The notes under the pieces: model-generated | What the model saw: the letters and a program-made list of their open reading frames with translations, nothing else | Databases searched by the model: none | What the model was told of the DNA's origin: nothing | Made by a program: the position numbers and the translations under genes | Assembly: GCA_036172245.1 (NCBI GenBank) | Contig: JAYWIR010000009.1 | Coordinates: 4,960,001-5,024,000 of the forward strand | Direction: 5' to 3' | Length of the DNA stretch: 64,000 bases | Source of the DNA: Raillietiella orientalis | Lineage: Eukaryota | Part shown: one piece after another, positions 50,300 to 60,240 of the stretch | Layout of the letters: every line of letters begins with the position of its first letter | How positions within the stretch are numbered: the first letter of the stretch is position 1

Positions 50300-53200
50300 G
50301 CCAAGAATGAGCAACCCGGGATGTTCGCTTTCCCCCGGACATGGTATTGGCGCAACGCGATGTTCTTTCTTCCAGTTCGGCTGCCCGTCGGAGCCTTAGG
50401 AATGGCAGCGCATGCCTTCTCGCAGGCGGTGTGCGCTCTCGACGTCAAAAAAGAGGAGCTTCTGGCTATGTCCATCAGAAGCGGGGGTCAGTTCGTGGAG
50501 GTCATCTGCAAGGAGGAAACTCTTGCGCAGAGACTCCTGAGAACCCATGTGCCGATGGGAGAAAAAAAATCCTAAAATGGAAAAGAACGTCGCGAAACGG
50601 AGCGAAACCGCACCGCGAAAAAACGAAAAGCTGCTGCGTAGTCGTTGAGCATATTCCCGCCATCCACGAGTGAGGGACGCTGGAACTCGCAGCTGCCACC
50701 GCTGAAACCTCCGCAGACAAAGTCAACAAGGAGGGGTGCGACGCGGCGGTGTCCGTTACCGAGCCCACGCTCGATGACGTCGCTTTCGAGCGAGCGGCCG
50801 AGGAGCTCGCTGCCTCGTTGCAGCGACCTTCGAAGGTCACCAAAAAGGCCTTGAGGCGCGCGGCTTCCGAAAAGTGGTCCGAGATCTCGGACTCCGGACA
50901 GGAAATCGGGAAAGCACCTTCCGTCGCCGCGGCACCCTCCCGGAAGACTGGATGCAAGTCCAAGAATCCCTGGAAGACCCTTCCCCCAGCCGAAGGGGTG
51001 TACATGGCTTCCGGAAGCGAGGGTGCCACGAGCGTGGGAAACTCCCGGGACCCGTCGCCCGAGAAACCCCCGCGCCCCGACTCGAAGAAAATGGAGGGGG
51101 TGGAGGCCGAACAGGTGCCCCAGGTGCCTGAGGAGGCCGAAAGCCCCATGGCCATCTCACCCGCCTCGGAAGAGGCGAGTCCCCCCACGCCTTCATCTTC
51201 CCAGCAGTAATGCCGGGAATCTCCTCCCGCCGTCGTCTGCGCATCGCCGTTTGGAACGTCAACGGCATGACGGACGCCGGCAGGAGACGAGCCATGGCCG
51301 CCCTTCTAGGATCCTTCGACCTTGCGCTGCTGCAGGAGATTCACGTTATCTCTGCAGAACAAGCGCAGGAGATCGAGCGGATCTCCGGAGGGCGGCTGTG
51401 GTATCAGTGTGGGGCACCAAAGACTTGCGGTGAACCAAGGACTCCTATTGGAGCTCTTGGAACGCCTGGGTCTCCCGGCGCAACTCCTGAAGTACTTGCG
51501 CGCATGCTGGCGCCACGCGCTAACTTGCATTTCTTTCAGCGGCTGCCACGTGTACGGTATTCCCGTGCGGCGGGGCATCGGACAGGGTGACAGTTTAAGC
51601 CCGTTGCTCTTCAGCATCTTTGAGTTGGTGCTGAGGGCGTACAGGCTGACGCTGGAGTACCTGCCTAGCTCTTGCCCGGGAACGCCTGCCGTGGCTGCCT
51701 ATGCAGATGACCTGCTTCTTCTGCTCCCCATGTCCACCCCGGCGTCCAGTGTCGAAGATTTCTTCGAACTGATTCGTAGGGGAGCGGGCGTGAATGTGAA
51801 CCGGAAGAACAGAGTGGTCGTTCCTGTAGGAGCGTCGTGGGAGGGGCAGTCCGACTGGATCCGCCTGGGGATCCCCACGGCGGGGTACTTCAATTACCTT
51901 GGCGTTCCGTTGGGCGACCTCGGCGCTGTCGAGGCGTGGTCGGACTGCCTTCATAAGGCCGAGTTGGCCGCCAGCCCGTTCATTAACGGCAAGTTCACCT
52001 TGCCGGAACGGGCGGCTATTTGGAACACCTTCGTGGCCACCCTCCTCCGACCCCTCTTGTTTGTCTTGGACCCCCTCTATGCGGCCAAAGAGCGGGCAAA
52101 ACGCCTGCTAAGGAACGCTCTCTGGGGTCCGGCGCGATCCAGGATCCGCCTGAAAGACCTCACTGCTCCACGTCGGGATGCTGGGCTTGGCATCCTGACG
52201 ATGGAGAGAATCGGACTGTAAGTGCAGTTCCGGATGCTCGCACTGTGTGCCGAGCTATGGACTTCCCCCCTGTGTGCTCCTGCGCGCATCCCCCTAAGCA
52301 GGCGTGCAGGCAGTGAAGGACTTCTTTCCTTGGTGCTTAAATGCGCCATAGGAAACAAGGATTTGGCTATCCTTTGAGGAAAATCGCCATCCTATTGGAA
52401 GCCAATGCGTGGATTTCCTGCTGCCCGATGAACCACAATGCTTGGCGGCAGGAATCCATTGATTCTTGGGCTGCATTCTTAGGAATGAGCCGTGAAGATC
52501 TTCGCCCCCTGCGTCGATTCCAACCTTGGTCACTACAAGATGTCATGCAGGACGAGGTGAAGTTTTCCTCCCTGGCCGCCACGCCCCTTGTCGAAGCACT
52601 ATCTGCCCTCGAGGTTCGAGATGACAGTAGCCAGCCGGCAAGGTGGGAGTTCTGCATCATTGCAGGAAGAACGAAACTACTCGGCGAATGGGACACGAGC
52701 GAGCTGGCGGATGCCGCCACTCCTCGTGCTACACCAAAGGGATTACTTCGGTGGCGAGAAGCTCTTGGTATTGCCCCCGAGAAACTTATAATCCCTCCCT
52801 GGTGTTTGGACGGTTCGGTGTTTCCCCTTGCATGGAAGCAAGACGTCTTGCTCTTCTTGCACTGGGGCTTGCGCTACAACGAGCGGCGCCACCGAGTTTC
52901 CGGTGGGGTGGCTTCTCCCTACTGTGCCCGGTGCGGGGCGACGGAGTCGTTCCCGCACCTTGTTATGGAGTGCGGTGCCCTGCAGGAACTCTGGCGGAGG
53001 CTTGCAGCATCTCTCCTGCTACCGGGGGACACCGCCCGAGAAGTGCTGCGACGGTTCTTCCAACCACAAGGACATTCGATGGCTGCGACGATTTCGACAG
53101 TTGGTTGTGTCCGCGCCATCTTTACGGTCCGAGACGTGCTGGAGAACACTGGTCAGCAATGTTGTGTCATCAGGAAGGCAGCCGACTTCATCAGGGCAGC

Positions 53201-53625
53201 AGCTGGGTGGCGATACTTGAGTGAAGACGCAACGGAGGAGCTCACCGGCATCCATTTCCGGATGAGCAACGGTTCCGAACGACAAACCCGGTGATCCTCC
53301 TCCATTTCCTTTTTAACTTCATTTTTGTTTTCGGGTCCTTTTTCCCATTCGCTCCGCAGTGCTTTTGGTGCTACCACTCTTGATTTTCCAGGTGTCTGCG
53401 GAGCGTCACCAAAGTTCCTTGGCCCATTCCTCCCATTAAAACATTTCTTTTTTTTGTTTTCTGTTTGTAGTCCCCTCCTCCCCCATTCGTTCAGGTCCTT
53501 CCGTTTTCCTGGCCTGCGTGCCAGTGGTGAATCTCCGTTGTTAGTTTTCGTAGTCGTTGGCTGCAAACAACTGTTTCAAGCTAGTTTTTATCAATAGACG
53601 TCCCGGCGTGAGCGGGTAAGAAAAA
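50300..53625 (+). mobile_element. Family B-related element with ORF1 remnant and internally deleted ORF2
   Basis: ORF1-like GGQFVEVIC and acidic tail ending TAA 51208-51210; ORF2 IAVWNVNGM..LLQEIH. Deletion at ~51430 jumps to VNQGLLLELLERLG, then IGQGDSLSPLLF, AYADDL, YLGVPL and CARCGATESFPHLVMEC. Hairpin loop 53514-53519; terminal CCCG..CGGG. Confidence 0.88.
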
Positions 53626-53629
53626 TTTT

Positions 53630-54030
53630 AACGTTCGCCAGAAACCAGATGGGCAGAATCACGAGCGAGACCTGGTCAACGAGGTGTGCATGGCGGTGCA
53701 CACCTGTAATTTGTTGGCCAGTGAACCGGGAATGGAAGACAGCATCGACCACGTGTTCCTTGACGAGCACCTGTGCCCTCGCGTGGGCAGGCGCGGCAAG
53801 TTACCGTGCGAGCTGTCCGACCATCGCCCGATAGTTCTCGAGATCCATCCGCGCGACAGGGCCCCCCCCTCGTCAGCGTGGCGTCTCCCAGGGGACTGGC
53901 TGAAGCTCGCGGACGCGGCGGAACATCTCCGCACGTTCATACGGAGCTTCAGACTGCGGACACTCCAGGACTGGGACCGCTTGAAGCGGTCGGTCCAGGA
54001 GTTCTGCGACCAGTTCCCTCTGCACCGCCT
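53630..54030 (+). mobile_element. Family B endonuclease C-terminal fragment
   Basis: SIDHVFLDEHL...LSDHRPIVLE...AWRLPGDWL...DWDRLKRSVQEFC; probably the upstream part of the copy that continues at 55391. Confidence 0.8.
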
Positions 54031-54050
54031 ACCTGCGGGATTTGGGGTTT

Positions 54051-54810
54051 CCACCCGGGTACGCCCGGGGCTTCAATTAGAAGACTCTACAAAAACGTGG
54101 TATAAGGCCCCACTAACGGCCAACACAACGCCGGATCTGCCGGGACGACGGGACGCAGCCCGGAGTGACTCTCCCCGGCAGTGAAAGGGACGGGGAAAAA
54201 ACAAAAATAAAAAATAAGGAAAACAAAAAGTTGGAGGGTCGGGAAGGGATCACGGAACACTGGGAGGAGGGTCCATCCTTTGCAGGATGCCCACAAGGTC
54301 CTTCTTCATTGCACCCAGCTGGGGCCATCCAGCAGCTCTCACTATGAAGCGAACAGTATACGGGATGACATCCCTCTCGTTAGGATCCACTCCTTCGTCG
54401 TGGGCGTCCTCCATGCTGCCACGATGCCTCGGATGCAGCATAGTGCTGCCACGGCTGCGGCTGGCTGCAGGGCGTCCCGCGCGAAGAGAAGCCGAAAAAC
54501 GTCTCTGGGTTGGCTGCCCACCGGGAGCCCGAGCGTCGTCCCAAAACGTTCCCATAGGGGTCGGAGGGCAGCACAGTCAACAAGAAGGTGGGGGAGCGAT
54601 TCCCGCTCCTCACACCTGGTACCCTCAGGGTGTACTCTTCACTGCGTCCAGTGGAATCGGCGCGCGTTGCAGGGTAGAACCCAATGCAACAGCAGCAGCG
54701 CCGACTCTTGCCACTTCAGGGGGAGAAGCCTGGATCCAATCAGCACTGGGGGCCACTTCAGGTCATCCGTCAGGATGCCGAGCAGCTCGCCTTATCTCGC
54801 AAGTCCACGA
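54051..54810 (-). mobile_element. Family B 3' fragment
   Basis: KWPPVL..LPLKWQESALL, ESLPHLLVDC and LVGILQRM; hairpin loop 54153-54158; terminal CCCGGG..CCCGGG. Confidence 0.85.
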
Positions 54811-54905
54811 GTCCATTTACAGACTAGTAAAAGCCAAAAAGTACAAATAAAAAAAGAAACGTAGAGTTCTCAAGTGATGAATCTAAAATACCCAAAAATA
54901 TACCG

Positions 54906-55390
54906 GGTTAAGTAAGCTTAGGATAAAGTAGGTTAGGCTAGAGTAGGTAAGGTTAGATTAAGGTAAGGCTAGGAAAGGTTAGGGACACGTTAGGTTAGGT
55001 TAGGTTCGGTTAGCGGTAGGTAGGTTAGCTTCGGTCAGGTTAGTGGTAGGTAGGTTAGGTTTGTTTAGGCTAGGATAGGTTGGGTTATGCGTTGGTTAGG
55101 TTAGGTTTGTTTAGGCTAGGTTAGCTTAAGTTTGGGTAGGTTTGGCGTAGGTAGGTTGTGTTAAGTTTGGATAGGTTTGCTTAAGGTTTGGTTAGGTTAG
55201 GTAAGGATAGTTTCGTTTCGGTTAGGTTAGGCTCAGGCAGGTTTGGTTAAATTAGGTCAGGTTAGGGGTTGGTGGGTTAGGTTCGGTTTGGGTGGGTCAA
55301 GGTTAGTTTAGGCTAGGTTAGGGTAGCTTTGGTTAGGTTAGGGGTAGGTAGGGTACGTTAGGTTGGGTTGAATTCGGTTCGGTTCGGTTC
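54906..55390 (+). repeat. Degenerate (TTAGG/AGGTT)n pentamer array, telomere-like
   Basis: About 480 nt of TTAGG variants (GTTAGGTTAGGTTAGG, TTCGG, TTTGG, CTAGG, GTAGG). TTAGG is the common arthropod telomere repeat. Confidence 0.9.
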
Positions 55391-57240
55391 AGACCCCGTG
55401 CGGTGTGTTTATTCCTCCCTTTACGCCAAAGCACCCCTGAAGCGGGTCTCTTCGAGGTTCCTGCTTCCAGACTGAGCTCCGACAATAGGGGAGAGGAAGA
55501 AAAAGCTCCGATGAGCGCTTAACGACCGGTGAACTTCTCGCCGGGATTAAAAGGCTCAAGAGGCACAAGGCACTTGTGGATGACGGTCTGCCCGCAGAGT
55601 TTTGTTTTCGGTCAGCCAGGGGGTGACTAATTCCTAAGAGTAGAGACCACAGGAAGTTAAGCAACTTGCGTCTTATCAGGATTGTGAACACTGAAGCTAA
55701 ACTGATCGCAAAGCGTGTCTCGGCACGCGCGCTGTAGCAGCATACGCAGACGAACTTCTGCTGATGTTGCCCATGTCCGCCCCGGCAGCCGCAGTAGAGG
55801 ATTTCTTCGATCTGCTAAGCCGCGGGAAAGGTCTGCGGGTGAACAAGGCGAAGTCATCGGTGGTAGCGGTTGGTGCGACGTGGGTCGGACGACCTGACTG
55901 GATCCGCTTGGGGATCCCCACGGTCAAGTACCTGAAGTACCTGGGTGTTCCGTTGGGGGACTTCTGCCTCGAAGAAGCCTGGTCAGGTCGTCTTCAAAAA
56001 TTAGAGTTGGCGATCAACCCGTTCCTGAATAGGAAGTTCCTCCTGTCGGAACGCGCCACGGCATGGAACGCATTCGCGGCTCCCATCCTCCACCCCCTTA
56101 TTTTTGTTTGCCCCGTCCCCCGCCAGTTAAAGAAGCAAACCAGGGACCTCCTTCGGATCGCCCTGTGGGGCAACGGGAGGCCTGAGTAAAGCTGCAGGAC
56201 ATATGTGCTCCGCGTTGGGACGGCGGTCTTGGCCTCCTGACGCTGGAGCGCCTGGAGATTCAGCTGCGATGCCGCACCATGGCCATCGCAGCGAAGTTGT
56301 GGAGCACCCCCTGGTGCGTTCCGGCCCGCCTCCTCGCCAGCCGTTTATCGAGGACTCAAGGACTCGCGTCTCTTCTTTTGTGCCATGGCCGAAGGATGAG
56401 AAGATGCGGCCTTCTCCTCGGACGCATGGACTCGGTGGCCAAGAATTACGGCGGAATGGAATGTAGCTCCGCCAACTCCTCCGCATGGCTGGAGAAATCT
56501 GTTGGCACACGGGCGAAAATGAACATTTCAAGAAGTGACAAGTGGAACTGCCTGCGTTTTTTCCAACAACGCCCGCTGCTCACTGCGAACCATTCTGGAG
56601 TGCCCCGCCAGGAGCACGTGAGCCGCGTCGACCTCTTTATGCACGGCGCTGCCCTTCCTACGGAGATCGCTCGTGAACGACGAAGTGGCAAGTTTCCTGT
56701 CGGATCGCGGGCAGAGAGAAGAGCGGTTGGCAATGAGAGATTTGGCAGACGCCTCCACCCAGAGCGTCCTTTCGCGAGGACTTATAAGTTGGAGGGAGCT
56801 GTTCGGCATCCCGAAGGATGACCTGAAGTGGCTCCCGGACTGAATGGTTCAAGGGTCCTCCCCTCAAGTGGCAGGAGTTGGCGCTTCTGCTGTTGCACTG
56901 AGATGTTCCATGCAACGCTTTTCGGCTTCTCTTCGCGCGGGACGCCCTGCAGCCAGCCGCAGCCGTGGCAGTACTATGCTGCATGCTTGGAATCGTTGCG
57001 GATTGGAGTTAAGACGAGGATGAAGACCAACACCAGAATGACGTCATCCAGTATACTGTTCGCTTACTGGTGAGAGCAACCGGATGGCCCCAACTGCGAC
57101 AAATGCAGAAGGACCTTGAGCGCATTCTGCAAAAAATGAACCTTCCTTTCAGTCACAGTGATCTCTTCCAGACCCTCCAGACTCCACCTTTTTTCTTATT
57201 GTTTTATTTTTATTTTTGTTTTTTCCCCATCTCTTTCACT
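55391..57240 (+). mobile_element. Family B ORF2 fragment (RT to 3' UTR) with deletions
   Basis: DGLPAEF, LIPKSRD..IVNTEAKL, jump to AAYADELLLMLP, KYLGVPL, DLLRIALWG, LPLKWQE and LERILQKM. Confidence 0.8.
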
Positions 57241-57249
57241 TCCTCCGGA

Positions 57250-58400
57250 GGAATGCCGAGCAGCACGCCCCAACGCACCAGTCCTTCAGCTGGGACACTG
57301 GGGGTATGCCCAAGTACACCAGCGGTGTCGGCTTATACCAACGATCTGCTGCTGCTGCACCCCATTTTCACCTCAGCATCGGCTCTCGAAAATTTCTTAG
57401 AGCTGCTACGTCGGAGGACAAGAATGGAGATCAACAGAAGGAAGTCCTCCGCGGTGGAAGTCCGTTCGAAGTGATCAGGGCTGTAGGAATGGTTCCGATT
57501 GAAAATTCCGGCGATCCGCTACTTTAAGTACCACGATGTGTCGTTGGGCGACTACTTAGCTGCGGAGGCGTGATCCTGCTGCCTCTAAAAGGCTGACACG
57601 GCGATCCTTCCTTTTCTGGATGGCCAACGTTTCTTGTCGGAATGGGCTTCGGTATGGAACACGTTCGTGGCTTCTTTTGCATTCCTTGCTTTCTGTTTGC
57701 TTCTCAACCCAAAATAGTGAGAAAGAAAAGTACAACCTCGAAGTGATCGATTTCTTGAACAAAAAAACCTCAGGAGGCCAATTCGAGGGCATGTGCGCAC
57801 CGCGTCGGGATGGCGGCCACGACCTCCCGATGCTGAAGCGGCAAGAGCTTCAGCTCCAGATAAGGATTCTTGCTTTTGCAGCGAAGTTATCAAGCACCAA
57901 GTGCTGCGCTGCTGCAAGCCTCCACGTCCAGTAAGCCAACGAGAAAGCGTGGATTGCGTTTTTGGTTGCACTCCGTCGCCATTACATCGTCCGCTCTGTG
58001 GATCGCAGCTTCCGAGGGTGAGAAACATGAAAAGGAAGATTTGGGGATGAATCCACTGCCGTTCAAATAACGGTAGGGCCTGGATACAGGAGACCGTTCT
58101 CACGTGGGTCAGAAGCCATCTATGGAACAAGTGCAACGGTTGTCGTTCGTGCGAAACAACCGTTGCAGGTTCCGAGAGATCATGGAGGATCCCAGTAGAC
58201 CTGCGTGAGCAGTAAGAACTTTTGTCGCTGCAGCGCTGTCATCTCCCAAAGAATACCTCACCAGCCGCATAGCTGAGAAATAAGATGTGAAGATCATCAC
58301 CTCCGGCAGAAAGAAAGGACCGGGCGTGTGAAACAGGAGCAGCTCAACGACTCTAAAAGGAAGCCCTGTGGCGAAGAAACCCGTTGAACCAAGGACAGAG
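57250..58400 (+). mobile_element. Family B RT/C-terminal fragment, degenerate
   Basis: PAVSAYTNDLLLLHP, EINRRKSS, WNTFVA, APRRDGG and AWIQETV. Confidence 0.7.
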
Positions 58401-59081
58401 ACCAACGAAATCAGCCAGCAATTTTGGAAAAAAAGAGCCCTTAAGTGAAGGATGAAATCACCCTAGCTGCTGTTCGGGGCAGTTCTTGGAACTAAAAGAA
58501 AGATTTCCTATACCAATGAATCAAACATCCTCATCACAACCAACAGGCACAGAAGCCCTCAAATAGTTCATGCGAAGGCGACGGCTGAGGGCGGATGCTG
58601 ATTGCTTTGAAAGACAGAAAAGCATCAGTTCAACTTTGAGTAAGTAAGGTCGGCAATTGTCGAGAACGACTTTTTCCATTAAAAAGGAAAACATATTCTA
58701 CAACTCTTTTCATGAGTTGAACTTCTGAGAAGTCAGGCAAAATGAAGATCAGTTCTGAACTAATACCAACGGAGCAGCTTTTCGCAAACTTTCTGCGAAA
58801 CCAAACTGAAAGAAAAACAAAACGAAATGTCGGCATAAGAAAATAAAAACAAGGATGAGACAAGCAAAAATAAGTGGGGGAGAGACTTTTCTATGGCTAC
58901 AAGAAAAACGAACAAAAATGCAGCATAACCTTCGAAACCAACTCAAAATACCTAACTTTAGTTCTGCGTCTCAGTCACACTACTTAGCTTCATTTTATAG
59001 AAATTTCCCTTTAAACCCTTCCAAAAAGGTTAACAAGTAAATATTGCATAAACACAACTTGAAATTCTATGTTTTGCCGCC

Positions 59082-59468
59082 ATGGACTTCGAATTTCGTG
59101 AACTGCGACGTGGTGAACTGTCGACGGCCCTCAGAGAATTCAATGTGCTCTCCGACTGGGTGAAGAGGACTGAATATGACGCCGTATTCAACAGCGAGCC
59201 CTTTTGGAATTTCATCAGTGCATGACACCAATACGACGAAATTGAGACAATACCATTCATTAATAGCTATTTGAAATACAAACTCCGGGACAGCAGAATC
59301 TTTACAATCCGAGATCTGCACCTAATGCTCAGAAATAGTTTTTATAGAAAGAACGAGTTTCTGCTCAATATAACCACCATCATAGACGATCACCGACCGC
59401 AGATTCTGGATCAACTGGCATTTCTCTTATTAGCCCTGCTCTGCTGGGTGCTATTTACAGAAGTGTAA
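59082..59468 (+). pseudogene. Small orphan ORF (128 codons, one in-frame TGA, C-terminal hydrophobic segment)
   Basis: GCCGCCATGG start context; MDFEFRELRR...FWNFISA*HQYDEIE...QLAFLLLALLCWVLFTEV*; TGA at 59223-59225; AATAAA at 59484 followed by an A-tract to 59517. Confidence 0.45.
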
Positions 59469-59587
59469 AAACCAAAAACTGTGAATAAAAAAAAAAAAAA
59501 TAAAAAAAAAAAAAAAAGAAACATTTTCAAGTGGTGAACCTAAAATACACAGAAATATACAAGGTCAAGTTAGGTGAGGGTAGGTTC

Positions 59588-60240
59588 GGCACCGTGCCTT
59601 TTTATTATTTCCTTTATGCCAGGGTACCCACGGAACGGCACGCCTCGCAGCTCCTACTGCCCGAAGGAACCCCGGCCATAGGGGAGGAGGAGAAGGAAAG
59701 CCTCGACGAGCGCTCAACGACCGTCGAAATTCTCGCCGGGGTCAAAAGGCTCTAGAGTCGCAAGGAGCCAGGGTAGCACTGCCTGCCCTTGGAGTTTTTT
59801 CATTGCTCCGCCGCAGAGCTGACCTTACTGGTGCTCGAGCTGACACGGCTCATTCGAGACGAAGGCGATGTTCCCGCCTCGTTTCGGTCAGCCAGAGTGA
59901 GGCTCCTTCCGAAGGGAGGAGACCTCAGGAAACTCAACAACTGGCTTCTGATCACGATTGTGAACACGAACGCCAAGTTGCTGGCGGGACCGTGGGCTAC
60001 GCGTCTGGGACAGGTGGTCAATTCCATAATTAGCCCGGAGCAGACTTACGCTGTTCCCGAGCGAAGTATGGGGACAAACGTCTTCTTCGCAAGCACATCC
60101 TTCGCAGTGCAAAGAGAAGAAACAATGAAACGGCGAATTATCGGCAACTCCGCTTTGCGGGCGCCAGCCGGGCAGGGAGGGAACACCCGGGCGGGGAAAG
60201 GGGCCCTAGAGATCGCGGTCGATCTCCATAAGGCGTTCGA
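59588..60240 (+). mobile_element. Family B RT N-terminal fragment
   Basis: FLYARVP, LPLEFF, VRLLPKGGDLRKLNNWLLITIVNTNAKL, ISPEQTYAVP and AVDLHKAFD. Confidence 0.85.

Noticed and set aside
54906..55390. True telomere or CRISPR-like array
   Set aside because: Internal, highly degenerate pentamer repeat without spacers, flanked by TE sequence on both sides.
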